64,000 nt of DNA from Candidatus Caldarchaeum subterraneum (GTDB taxonomy: Archaea; Thermoproteota; Nitrososphaeria_A; Caldarchaeales; Caldarchaeaceae): positions 1,605,481 to 1,669,480 of the forward strand of contig BA000048.1 in NCBI GenBank assembly GCA_000270325.1, in the 5' to 3' direction. A program made the translations under genes and the position numbers. Each line of letters starts with the position of its first letter. Positions within the stretch are counted from its first letter, which is position 1. This document shows positions 29,783 to 39,728 of this stretch, piece after piece. Under the pieces are notes generated by a model. The model did not search any database and was not told where the DNA came from. It worked only from the letters and a program-made list of their open reading frames with translations.

Positions 29783-31132
29783 TTACCGCGGCAGCTCGCT
29801 TTGTATGTATTCAACGAACCAATCCATGTTCCATAGCATGTCTCTGTCGGCGCGTTCACTGCCCTTTATCCTGACTTCGCCTTTCTGGTCGCGTATCGGC
29901 TCACCAAGGTTGCCGTCTACGCTGAAGGGCTCGAACAAAAGCTCCTTCATCTCCTCATACCTCTTCTTGATCTCCAGCTGCCATTCCGAAGGTATGGCTG
30001 GGTTAAGCTTGCCGAGCTGAAGGGTTCCATCAACCTGCCCGGCTGTGCTCTGCTCTGGCGACCTTCTCCACCTATAGGGCATGTAGTCTCCTATTCTTGT
30101 CCAGATGTCGACGGTTCTCCACGTTCCTGTTGCAACCATTCTGTAAAAGTCCAAGTATATTGGGCCCCAGTTAACGATCTGGCCTGTTAGGTGGGCGTTT
30201 GGCCCGTAGCTGGACATGTCGTTGTAGTGGCTGAAGCTCCAGACCCTGCGGCCCTTCTGGGTGGTGTATTCTTCGGCTACCTGTAAGGTTGTTGGCGTGT
30301 CCTCTGTGAACGCAAGAACATCAGCGTTGGATTGTTCTATCAACGCCACTGCAGCCTCTCTTGCCTTACCAGGGTCAAACCATGCAAACAGCCAGCTTAC
30401 ATAGGCTTTGATGTTTCTCCCGGTTCTCTTCTTGTAGGCGTAGTTCGCTCCGAGGACGAAGGCGTTGATGTGTCTGACAACCTCGGGTATCGGGAAAGCA
30501 GCAACATATCCCACGACACCTGTCTGTGTAACGGCGCCGGCCGCGAGTCCGTTGAGGTAGTAGAGCTGGTAGAACTCTGCAAATGCGCTGCTCATGTTCT
30601 GTGGCGCATTTCCCGCGGCCCCGCTTCGGTATCCTGAGATGTGGACAAAGTATTTGTCGGGATACTTTGCGGCGACCTCGGCCGTCGAGTCCATGTAGCC
30701 AAAGCTGGTAGTTATTACAAGGTCTGCGCCTTGGTTGATGAGCGACTCGATTGCCCCGGCAGACTGCGCCTCTGGAACACTCTCTATGTAGAAGCTGTCA
30801 ACGTTCTTATAAGCGGCGTCCGCGAATTTTCTTCCTTCGTTGTGGGCGAAGGTCCATCCATAGTCTCCCACGGGGCCTACGTATATGTAGCCGACCTTCA
30901 GCCTCTTAGCAGGGGCCTGAACAGTCGTAGTCACCGTCGCACCTGGCCCCGTAACAGTTCTGGTAACTTCAGACGTAACTGTACGCGTCACCGCTGGCGC
31001 AGCCTGAGATGCTCCAAGAAAATATCCGGCAAGACCACCGACAACCGCTCCCGCCGCGACACCGCCGACCGCCGCACCAGTTGAGACAGCTAAAAACTTT
31101 CTTCTCGATATTCTGGATTTTTTCTCCATCAT
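29783..31132 (-). CDS. BMP-family (PnrA/Med-like) purine-nucleoside-binding lipoprotein with TM anchor and Thr/Val-rich linker
   Basis: BMP fold signature; N-terminal TM helix; TRTVTSEVTRTVTGPGATVTTTV linker. Confidence 0.75.
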   Translation of the reverse strand: MMEKKSRISRRKFLAVSTGAAVGGVAAGAVVGGLAGYFLGASQAAPAVTRTVTSEVTRTVTGPGATVTTTVQAPAKRLKVGYIYVGPVGDYGWTFAHNEGRKFADAAYKNVDSFYIESVPEAQSAGAIESLINQGADLVITTSFGYMDSTAEVAAKYPDKYFVHISGYRSGAAGNAPQNMSSAFAEFYQLYYLNGLAAGAVTQTGVVGYVAAFPIPEVVRHINAFVLGANYAYKKRTGRNIKAYVSWLFAWFDPGKAREAAVALIEQSNADVLAFTEDTPTTLQVAEEYTTQKGRRVWSFSHYNDMSSYGPNAHLTGQIVNWGPIYLDFYRMVATGTWRTVDIWTRIGDYMPYRWRRSPEQSTAGQVDGTLQLGKLNPAIPSEWQLEIKKRYEEMKELLFEPFSVDGNLGEPIRDQKGEVRIKGSERADRDMLWNMDWFVEYIQSELPR

Positions 31133-31162
31133 ATATTCTATTATGGGTGGGGTATATATGCT

Positions 31163-32953
31163 TTAATCCACTATCAGGTTTACGAATTGGAAGGTCACGG
31201 TGTCGAGCAGTCCTTTGTCGGTTATTCGTAGCTCAGGAATCACGCTTAGGCTGAGGAGTGAGAGGGTCATGAACGGTGATACCCATTCGCATCCAAGCCG
31301 CCGCCATACTTCATAGGTTTTGTTAAGCTTCTCGGCAACAACCTCAGCGGGTTCGGGTGACATGAGGCCCGCGAGGGGAAGCTCCACCCGCGCAAGCACC
31401 TCGCCATCCGCGACAGTGACTATGCCGCCGTTGATGCGGGCGTTCTCGTTCGCCGCAACCGCCATGTCTTTCTCGTCGAAGCCGATTACGAGTAGGTTGT
31501 GGCTGTCGTGCGCCACGGTGGATGCGACTGCTCCTTTTCTGAAACCGAACCCTGCCGCAAAGCCCGTGCTCATTCCACCGTGTTTGCCATGCCTCTCCAC
31601 GACCGCTATCTTGAAGATGCTTCTGTCGGGGTCGGGCTTCACCTCCCCGTTCTCAACCATAAGCCTCTCTATACGATGCTTGGTTATGACGCTGCCCTCA
31701 ACAGCCTGAATAACCCGCGCACGCACCTCGTCACCATCCACCTCCTCCCTAACAACAAAATCCTCAGGAGACAAGGGCCTAGACAGCTTCACGCTCCGCA
31801 TAAACCTCTCCGGATAACTGAAGCGGGGCAATTCTTTGACAAGCTTTCCATTCTCCGCAACAAGCTCGCCGTCGGCGAAAACCGTCTCAACCCTGAACCT
31901 CGCCAAATCGGAGACAAGCAAAATGTCTGCGACGCGGCCGGGAGAGATGCTGCCCAGCTCGTGGCTTAGACGGTATCTCTCAGCGGGGTTCAAGGTGGCC
32001 ATTTGAATGGCTGTCAGTGGGTCGACTCCTTCTTGGATGGCTCGGCGAACACAGTGGTCGACGTGACCATCCCGTAGGATGGATGCGGGCTCCTTGTCGT
32101 CGGTGCATAGACAGATATGCCTTGGGTCGATGCCTGTCTCCGTGTAGGCTCTGACTGTTTCCTTGATGTCTAGCCAAGCGCTCCCCTCCCTCAGGTAGAC
32201 ATACATGCCGTTCCTGAGCCTTTCGAGCGTCTGCTGCTTGGTGACGCTTTCATGGGTTGATAGTATGCCGGCGGCAACGTAGGCGGATAGCTCGCGGCCC
32301 AAGAGCCCCGAGTCATGGCCCTCAACAAGCTTCCCCGCCTTAAGCGTCTCAGCGATTTCTGCGTGCACCTTTTCATCGGCGGCTAGGACGCCGGGGAAAT
32401 TCATCATCTCACCCAAGGCAATCACTTCATCAAGCTTCATAGCCTCCGCGACCTCCTCAGGCGTTACAACTGCTCCCGCGGTCTCATACCCCGGGGCAGC
32501 GGGAACACAGGACGGGTAAGTCACATAAACCTTGAGAGGAAGGTTGCGTGACTCCTCAATCATGAGCTTGACGCCGTCAAGTCCGAATACGTTGCCTATC
32601 TCATGAGGGTCGATGAAGACTGCTGTGGTTCCGTGCGGGAGAATGATTCGAGCGAACTGGGTGACGCTCACCATCGAGCTCTCCACATGCACATGAGGGT
32701 CCAGTAAACCGGGGACGAGGAATTTGCCGGATGCATCAACGACGACGGTGTCTTCGCCTATGCAGGGTGTTGCGTCCCCCACCAAAGCGACGCGGCCCAT
32801 CCGCACAGCAACGTCAACACGCTCCACAATCTCCCGAGTATGCACATTCACAAGGTCACCGCCCTTCAGAACAAGGTCAGCCTTCTCCAGCCCCTGCGCC
32901 GTCCTTACAAGATGCCGCGTCACCTCAAACAGCCTAGACCTCATTACAAACAA
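31163..32953 (-). CDS. ade: adenine deaminase
   Basis: Amidohydrolase; ~596 aa; LVPGLLDPHVHVESSM metal-binding motif. Confidence 0.85.
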   Translation of the reverse strand: MFVMRSRLFEVTRHLVRTAQGLEKADLVLKGGDLVNVHTREIVERVDVAVRMGRVALVGDATPCIGEDTVVVDASGKFLVPGLLDPHVHVESSMVSVTQFARIILPHGTTAVFIDPHEIGNVFGLDGVKLMIEESRNLPLKVYVTYPSCVPAAPGYETAGAVVTPEEVAEAMKLDEVIALGEMMNFPGVLAADEKVHAEIAETLKAGKLVEGHDSGLLGRELSAYVAAGILSTHESVTKQQTLERLRNGMYVYLREGSAWLDIKETVRAYTETGIDPRHICLCTDDKEPASILRDGHVDHCVRRAIQEGVDPLTAIQMATLNPAERYRLSHELGSISPGRVADILLVSDLARFRVETVFADGELVAENGKLVKELPRFSYPERFMRSVKLSRPLSPEDFVVREEVDGDEVRARVIQAVEGSVITKHRIERLMVENGEVKPDPDRSIFKIAVVERHGKHGGMSTGFAAGFGFRKGAVASTVAHDSHNLLVIGFDEKDMAVAANENARINGGIVTVADGEVLARVELPLAGLMSPEPAEVVAEKLNKTYEVWRRLGCEWVSPFMTLSLLSLSVIPELRITDKGLLDTVTFQFVNLIVD

Positions 32954-33022
32954 AACACTATCAGCGACATATATTTATGAGGTGTCTACAAACAGATAAA
33001 AACCTCTACTGCGCATTATTGT

Positions 33023-34030
33023 TTGATGACTGGAATTCGTTGGGGGTTGTATCTTCAGGATATGCATGTGCGGGACATGGTGAGGCATGCGCAATTTGCT
33101 GAGCAGCATGGCTTCGACTCGGCATGGATTGCGGAGTCACGTCTAGCGAGAGATGCGCTCACCCCGATGACTGCAATCGCCACGGTTACTTCACGGATTA
33201 AGGTGGGGGCGGGTGTCATCAACACTTGGACGAGGAATGCGGCGTTGATTGCTCAGACCTTTGCGACTATGGATGAGCTGAGCGATGGACGTGTGATGCT
33301 GGGGCTTGGTGCGTGGTGGGACCCTTTGGCTTGGAAGGTGGGGATTGAGAGGAAGGAGCCGCTTACCTGCATGAGGGAGTATGTCACGGTGATTCGCCGT
33401 CTCTTCAGGATGGAAGAGGTTACTTTCGAAGGTAAATTCGTGAAGATGCGTGGGGTAAGGCTGGACGTTTTACATGGCGCGGGCGAGAAACCACGAAACA
33501 TACCCATCTACATAGGGGCGACTGGGTGGAAGATGATGGAGTTGGCTGGAGAGATAGGTGATGGGGTGCTTCTCAACTACCTCGTCTCACCGAAATACAA
33601 CGACACCGCGCTCGAGCACATACGGGCAGGAGCATCAAAAGCAGGGAGGAGGCTTGAGGACATCGACAGGCCACAGCTCATAGCATGCTCCATGCACCCC
33701 GACGCAGACAAAGCCATCAAACTTGCCAAGAAACATGTGACCATGACGCTTGGGCAGCAGCCTCACATCATGAAGGCAAGCGGCGTGAGCGAGGATTTGA
33801 TTGAAGAGGTGCAAAAAGTTATGGGAGGCTGGCCTGCGAAGCCTGGGGGGATTGAGAAGGCAGCGGAGATCGTGCCTGACGACGTTGTCAAGATGATTAC
33901 CGCATCGGGCACTCCTTCGGATGTTGTGGCAAAGGTCAAGGAGTATATGGCTCATGGCTGTACGTCGCCGCTTCTTCTCCCTCTCAGCGGAAACCCCGAG
34001 TATGTGATTAAGAGCGTGGTGGAGGTTTAA
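33023..34030 (+). CDS. LLM-family (luciferase-like) flavin/F420-dependent oxidoreductase
   Basis: TIM-barrel LLM family pattern (…GFDSAWIAE…; …LGLGAW…). Confidence 0.8.
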   Translation: MMTGIRWGLYLQDMHVRDMVRHAQFAEQHGFDSAWIAESRLARDALTPMTAIATVTSRIKVGAGVINTWTRNAALIAQTFATMDELSDGRVMLGLGAWWDPLAWKVGIERKEPLTCMREYVTVIRRLFRMEEVTFEGKFVKMRGVRLDVLHGAGEKPRNIPIYIGATGWKMMELAGEIGDGVLLNYLVSPKYNDTALEHIRAGASKAGRRLEDIDRPQLIACSMHPDADKAIKLAKKHVTMTLGQQPHIMKASGVSEDLIEEVQKVMGGWPAKPGGIEKAAEIVPDDVVKMITASGTPSDVVAKVKEYMAHGCTSPLLLPLSGNPEYVIKSVVEV

Positions 34031-34033
34031 CAT

Positions 34034-35397
34034 TTGTCTGGGTCTGTTCTGCTCAAAGGCGGGATAATTGTTACGATGGATGGGGCCCGTCGTGTAATCG
34101 TGGATGGGGCTGTTGGGTTCGAGAACGGTGTCATCACTTTCGTGGGCAAGTCTGAAGAAGCGACGAAGGCTGGAAGGTTTGACAGGGTTTTGGATGTTTC
34201 GGGAAGGTTTGTGATGCCGGGGCTTGTCTGTGCACACACTCATCTCTACGGCATAGCTCTGCGAGGCGCCTCTCTCCGCATAAGGCCGACGACGGATTTT
34301 CTCGAGAACCTGCAGAGGATTTGGTGGCCGCTGGATGAACGGATGGACAACGAAGACGCCTATGCCACGGCCTTGGCCGCGTGCATGGAGATGGCTCTCA
34401 ACGGGACAACGACCTTCGCCGACACATACTCTGCTCCACCACGTCCAGAGGGCAGCCTAGACGCCATAGCCAAAGCGGTTAACGAGGTGGGTATACGCGG
34501 GGTGATATCATTTGAGGCGACGGAGAGAAGAAGCGTGGAGGAGGGGCGGCGAGGGCTTGAGGAGAACATTAGGTTTCTCTCGAAAGGCGGCGAGGGCTTG
34601 GCCAAAGGCATGATAAGCCTCCACGCATCTTTCACAATCTCCGACGACCTCATCGTACGCGGTGTCGAGGCTGCGAAGAAATTCAACGCACCCATAACCA
34701 TCCACGTCTCAGAGGGCCCCAACGATGTTTACCACAACATCGAACGCTATGGCAAAAGAACGGTTGAGAGACTGAGAGACACCGGTCTCCTCGGGCCTTC
34801 AGCGGTTTTAGCCCACTGTGTGCACTTGAACAGACGTGAGATACAGCTTCTCACCGAAACAGGGACAAGTGTGGCCCATAACCCGATGAGCAATATGCTC
34901 AACGCCGTCGGGGTGATGAAGCTTCCCGAAATGCTCGAAGCAGGTGTGAACGTGGGCATCGGCAACGACGGCTACATATTCGACGGCTTCGAGAACATGT
35001 GCACAGCTTTCCTTATACATCGCGTGGACCGGAGAGACCCTTCCATACTCTCGCCCCAGAAGGTTTTGGAGATGGCGACAGTCGACGCTGCACGGGCTTA
35101 TGGTCTGCGTGATGTGGGCTCGCTCGAGGTGGGTAAGAAAGCGGACATAATAGTGGTGAGGCCCGAGGTCAAGGCAACACCCATGGATAGAAACGTTTAC
35201 GGCTATCTTGTCAACGGTGTAAGGGGTAGAGACGTGAGCATGTTTTCGTCGACGGTGTTCAAATAATTGGCGGTAGAAGGTTCACTCGTTTGGACAAGGA
35301 GAGGGCTGAGGAAAAAATCTTGAAAACCGTGGAGCGGCTGTGGAGTAGGTTGGGCGAGGAGCCGGGAGAGGCTGTTGAGCCGCTAAGGTTGATGTGA
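34034..35397 (+). pseudogene. amidohydrolase (SsnA/MtaD/guanine-deaminase-like chlorohydrolase family) with apparent -1 frameshift near 35230-35241; C-terminal 45 codons continue in another frame to stop 35395-35397
   Basis: PGLVCAHTHLYG metal-binding start; frame-0 ORF ends 35266; a second frame reads HVFVDGVQIIGGRRFTRLDKERAEEKILKTVERLWSRL (typical family C-terminus) and ends 1 nt before the next gene's ATG. Confidence 0.65.
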
Positions 35398-35398
35398 A

Positions 35399-36232
35399 AT
35401 GAGCACGCTAGGTTATCTCGGGATTCCAAGGATTGAGGTGATGATTCCCAGCAGCGTCGAAGAGGCATTAAACCTGCTGCAAACTCATCCAGACGCGGAG
35501 ATACTTGCCGCCGGAACACACATCATAACACAGCTTACACTCGGAATCAAGCGCACCCGCAAATACATCGACATAAACAACCTCCACCAGCTCCGCAAAA
35601 TCTCCCACCATCACGGCACAGCATCAGTAGGCTCGCTTGTAACACATCAAGAACTTGCAGCTACTCTGATGAACCAAGTTCCCGCATTCACAGCCTTTCT
35701 CCAAAAATACTCCTCTCCAGCCGTGGCCAACAGAGCCACTGTAGGGGGAAGCATCATGCTCCGACTCGCAGGCGAAGACTTGATTCCAATACTGTTGACA
35801 CTCGACGCTGAGCTTTCCTTCGCCACCTTAGAGGGTGTGAAAAACATTCCGCTTAAAGCTTTTCTCGCCCGAGGATTTGATGGAAGAGGGCTGCTTCAAA
35901 CCATCTCCTTCAAGCTAAACAGCTCGTGTTTCTTCGACAAGCTTTGGATGGGTGTGTCACGTATTCCTCTTATCTCTATCGCAGTTTCGCGTGACGGGGC
36001 TGATGGGGTGCGTGTCGCGGTTTCTCACAAGGATGGCTCAACGCCGGGCCGTGTGGCAGCTGTTGAGAAGTTTCTCTCCATGCATGGCTTGTCGGAAGAG
36101 GTCGTTGAGAAGGCTTCGAGGTTGATGATGGATTCTATAAACCCGGAGTCGGATGTTTTAGCGTCTTCATGGTATCGTAGGAGGGCTGCGGGTGTTTTGC
36201 TTAAGCGTCTTCTTCAAAACTTGAGAGGGTGA
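35399..36232 (+). CDS. xanthine dehydrogenase family, FAD-binding subunit (CoxM/XdhB-like)
   Basis: FAD_binding_5-type; AAGTH...; ATVGGSI motif. Confidence 0.85.
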   Translation: MSTLGYLGIPRIEVMIPSSVEEALNLLQTHPDAEILAAGTHIITQLTLGIKRTRKYIDINNLHQLRKISHHHGTASVGSLVTHQELAATLMNQVPAFTAFLQKYSSPAVANRATVGGSIMLRLAGEDLIPILLTLDAELSFATLEGVKNIPLKAFLARGFDGRGLLQTISFKLNSSCFFDKLWMGVSRIPLISIAVSRDGADGVRVAVSHKDGSTPGRVAAVEKFLSMHGLSEEVVEKASRLMMDSINPESDVLASSWYRRRAAGVLLKRLLQNLRG

Positions 36233-36238
36233 GGATGG

Positions 36239-36694
36239 ATGAAGGCTGAGCTCATGGTTAATGATGTAAAATACGTGGTCGAGGTTGAGCCTAATGAGAG
36301 ACTGAGCGATGTTCTGCGGAGAAAGCTGGGGTTTGTAAGCGTGAAGGAAGGATGCGGCGTGGGCGACTGCGGCCTCTGTATAGTTTTGATTGACGGGAGG
36401 CCTGTTAACTCTTGTTTAGTGCTTGCCTATCAAGCGTCGGGGCATAGGATTACAACCGTGGAGGGCATGGGTGATGGTTCACGACTTCATCCTCTACAGC
36501 AAGCCTTCATAGACGTTGGCGCGGTTCAGTGTGGCTTCTGCATCCCAGCGGCCCTGCTCGTCCTCAAACACCTCCATGAAAACAACCCAGACGCCAGCAG
36601 GGAAGAGGTTAGACATGCTCTCAGAAGCGTCCTGTGTAGATGCGGCAGCTATTTACGGTTTGAAGAAGCCTTCAAACAGGTGAGCAGGCGATGA
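36239..36694 (+). CDS. xanthine dehydrogenase family, [2Fe-2S] subunit (CoxS/XdhC-like)
   Basis: CGVGDCGLC and CGFC cysteine clusters. Confidence 0.9.
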   Translation: MKAELMVNDVKYVVEVEPNERLSDVLRRKLGFVSVKEGCGVGDCGLCIVLIDGRPVNSCLVLAYQASGHRITTVEGMGDGSRLHPLQQAFIDVGAVQCGFCIPAALLVLKHLHENNPDASREEVRHALRSVLCRCGSYLRFEEAFKQVSRR

Positions 36695-39015
36695 GCGAGG
36701 AAATAGCGAGACGGTTCAGGGAAATTCTGGAGGCCCGTGAATTCCTCATAGTCGGGAAAAAGGTTGCACGTGTAGACGCCCTCGACGCGATTCTCGGCAA
36801 ACCACTATACACAGCGGACCTCGTCTCAGGAAAAACACTCTACGTCAAAGCCGTCCGCTCCAAGATACCCCATGGCTACATCAGGAAAATAGACACGTCC
36901 CAGGCGGCTTCCCGGCAAGGTGTCGTCAAGGTGCTTACGCATCGGGACATACCCGGAGTAAACGACGGGGGAAGCCTGATAAGTGATAGACCTCTGCTGG
37001 CTTTTGAGAAGGTTAGACACGTCGGGGAAGCTGTTGCTCTCGTGGTCGGTGAGAGCTTGGAGGCTGCGGAGGAAGCGGCTGAACATGTGGAGATTGACTA
37101 TGACCCGCTTCCAGTGGTGACCAACCCTCGCGACGCCATGAAACCAGACGCTCCGCGGATACAGGACAGAGACAACGTGGTTACACACTTTAAGATAAGA
37201 AAAGGCGATGTGGAAAAGGGTTTCAAAGAATCCGATGTCGTCATCGAGCGGACATATCGCACACAGTTCATCACAGGTCTGCCTCTAGAGACAGAGATAG
37301 CATATTCTTTCCTAGAGGACGGAGGAAGGATTACATGCATAGTCTCAACCCAGAACCTCTACGATGTCTACAACAAGGTGGTGAAGATACTCGGCGTCCC
37401 CTCTGAAAAGCTGCGGGTGATTCAGGCGGCTACTGGAGGAGGCTTCGGCCCGAAAAGCGATGAGACACCGATAGACGTCGCAGCATACGCATGCCTCGCG
37501 ACATATTTCACCGGAAAACCTGCGCTGGCGGCGTTCAGCAGAAGCGAAGCGATGACGGTTCAGTGTAAACGCCATCCTTTTGAGATAACCAACATGGTTG
37601 GGGCGAGAAATGATGGAAAGCTGTTGGCTTGGCGGTCGACGCTTATCGAAGACACAGGCGCCTACATTTCGAAGGGTCACCTCGTCATCGGCCGCGCAAC
37701 CTTCCATTGCACGGGACCCTATGAGGTGCCGAATGTCTGGGCCGATGGCTACTGCGTCCTCACCAACAACACGATGGCGGGGTCTACACGTGGCTTCGGG
37801 GCGCCGCAGGCACATTTCGCGGCCGAGAGCGTGTTGAACGAGCTCGCCGAGGAGCTGGGCCTCTCGCCGCTTGAGATACGTGAGATAAACATGCTCCGCC
37901 CCGGCTCCCTCACAGCCACAAGCCAGAAAATCGAAGACGACGGCCTACTAAAGTGTTACCAGAGAGCTGTCGAGGAAAGCGAGTGGGAGAAGCGTGTGAG
38001 AGAAATACAGGAATTCAACAAAACAAACAAGGTCCTGAAAAAAGGTATTGGTATAGCGATGCTTTACCATGGCAACACTCTTGGACCAGAGGGCGACGAT
38101 TTCGCGACAGTGGTCACCTACGTTGAGAGAGACGGAAAAGTCGTTGTCCAGACAGGTTTAACAGAATACGGAACCGGGGCCCTAACCTCCCTCGCAATAG
38201 TTACAGCAGAAACACTCGGTCTACCGTTATCCATGGTGAAGCTCGAGAGACCCGACACAGCCGCCGTCCCCAACGCAGGGCCCACAGTCGCATCACGGAC
38301 AACCGTCATAGGAGGCCAGGCAGCCCTAGACGCCGCCCTCAAGATAAGGGCTATGGTTGCGCAGGTGGCTGCCAAGATGCTTTCATCCAATCCCGCGGAT
38401 TTGGAGTTCAGAGACGGGCTGGTGAAGGCTAATGGAAGGGCAGTGACTTGGAATGAAGTAGTTAACCAGTGTTTTGAGGAGAACATTTCTCTCCGCGTTG
38501 TTGGCTACTACATGGCTCCTCCGACCAAATGGGACCCTGAGACGGGCCAGGGAGCTCCCTACAACCAATACACCTACGGCGCGCTCGTCGCTGAGGTGAC
38601 CGTCGACACAGAGACTGGCATGGTCAAGGTTGATAGGCTAACCGCAGCATACGACGTGGGCCGCGCAATAAACCCGCTTGGGCTGGTCGCTGTCTATGAG
38701 GGGGGAAGCATCATGGGCCAAGGATACGCTTTGATGGAGAAGATTGTGCACGACGACGGTGTAGTCATCAACCCAAACCTGCACACATACATCATCCCAA
38801 CTGCCTCAGACGCCCCCGAAGAAATCCGCAGCATCATCGTCGAGGTCAAGGGCAGCATGGGTGTCTTCGGAGCCAAAGCCATGGGAGAAATACCCGTCGT
38901 CCTCCCCGCAGCATCAATAGCCGCAGCCGTTGCAAACGCCACAGGCATCTACATAAGGGAGCTACCGCTAACACCTCAAAGAGTGCTTGAGGAGCTCCAC
39001 AAATCCAGACAATAA
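36691..39015 (+). CDS. xanthine dehydrogenase family, molybdopterin-binding large subunit
   Basis: 774 aa; aldehyde oxidase/XDH a/b hammerhead + MoCo domains (GGGFG motif). Confidence 0.9.
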   Translation: MSEEIARRFREILEAREFLIVGKKVARVDALDAILGKPLYTADLVSGKTLYVKAVRSKIPHGYIRKIDTSQAASRQGVVKVLTHRDIPGVNDGGSLISDRPLLAFEKVRHVGEAVALVVGESLEAAEEAAEHVEIDYDPLPVVTNPRDAMKPDAPRIQDRDNVVTHFKIRKGDVEKGFKESDVVIERTYRTQFITGLPLETEIAYSFLEDGGRITCIVSTQNLYDVYNKVVKILGVPSEKLRVIQAATGGGFGPKSDETPIDVAAYACLATYFTGKPALAAFSRSEAMTVQCKRHPFEITNMVGARNDGKLLAWRSTLIEDTGAYISKGHLVIGRATFHCTGPYEVPNVWADGYCVLTNNTMAGSTRGFGAPQAHFAAESVLNELAEELGLSPLEIREINMLRPGSLTATSQKIEDDGLLKCYQRAVEESEWEKRVREIQEFNKTNKVLKKGIGIAMLYHGNTLGPEGDDFATVVTYVERDGKVVVQTGLTEYGTGALTSLAIVTAETLGLPLSMVKLERPDTAAVPNAGPTVASRTTVIGGQAALDAALKIRAMVAQVAAKMLSSNPADLEFRDGLVKANGRAVTWNEVVNQCFEENISLRVVGYYMAPPTKWDPETGQGAPYNQYTYGALVAEVTVDTETGMVKVDRLTAAYDVGRAINPLGLVAVYEGGSIMGQGYALMEKIVHDDGVVINPNLHTYIIPTASDAPEEIRSIIVEVKGSMGVFGAKAMGEIPVVLPAASIAAAVANATGIYIRELPLTPQRVLEELHKSRQ

Positions 39016-39269
39016 AACACCTGCAACACCGTGAAAAACCCAGCGAGCAAGGCACACGTGTAAATACCTCCTAAACCTATTCATGATTGAGAGGGCGCGG
39101 CCCTTTGGAAACAATAGTCGGTGGCGACGTAAAAATTCATGAAGACTGTTTGAGGCTGGACAAATACTTCGACAAGCTATCCTGACGTGTGGGAATCAGG
39201 TATGCCCGAGGAATATTTTTCTGAAAGTGAGGCGGCGGAGGCCATCACGAGGGCTGAGAATGTTTTGGG

Positions 39270-39566
39270 TTGGGTGAGGTCGAGATGGGGGTCTTTGAGA
39301 AAAGAAAGATGATGAGAAAGGCGGCGGTTGAAGCTGCTGTTGAAGCGGTCGAGTTAGTGGAGAAGATTGTGGGCCCTGTTTCGGCTGCTTTGATAGGCTC
39401 ATACGCGAGAGGAGACTTTAATCAGTGGAGCGACGTGGACCTGCTTGTAGTGTCTCCAAGGTTTGCACCGACTCCTCTCAACAGGTTTGATCAGGTCGCC
39501 GATGTTTTGAAAAAGTTTCCAAGCCTTGAGATAATACCTTTGACGCTGAGAGGCAGAGAAGGCTGA
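39270..39566 (+). CDS. minimal nucleotidyltransferase (MNT) domain protein
   Basis: GSYARGDF...SDVDLLVV motif; ~98 aa. Confidence 0.7.
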   Translation: MGEVEMGVFEKRKMMRKAAVEAAVEAVELVEKIVGPVSAALIGSYARGDFNQWSDVDLLVVSPRFAPTPLNRFDQVADVLKKFPSLEIIPLTLRGREG

Positions 39567-39698
39567 AGACGCCTTTGGCGGAGGAGACTATGTGGACAGG
39601 TGTGGTCATAAAGGATGCGTTGGGAATTTTTCTCAAGAGCCAAACCATATGAGAGAAAGAATGAGATGAATGAATTTTTAAGCGGTTTTCATCGTGAT

Positions 39699-39707
39699 GT
39701 ATAAATT
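39699..39707 (+). promoter_or_regulatory. TATA box (GTATAAATT) ~26 nt upstream of leaderless ATG 39729
   Basis: Archaeal box-A consensus and spacing. Confidence 0.5.
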
Positions 39708-39728
39708 GCTGTAAAAATAGATGTATGC

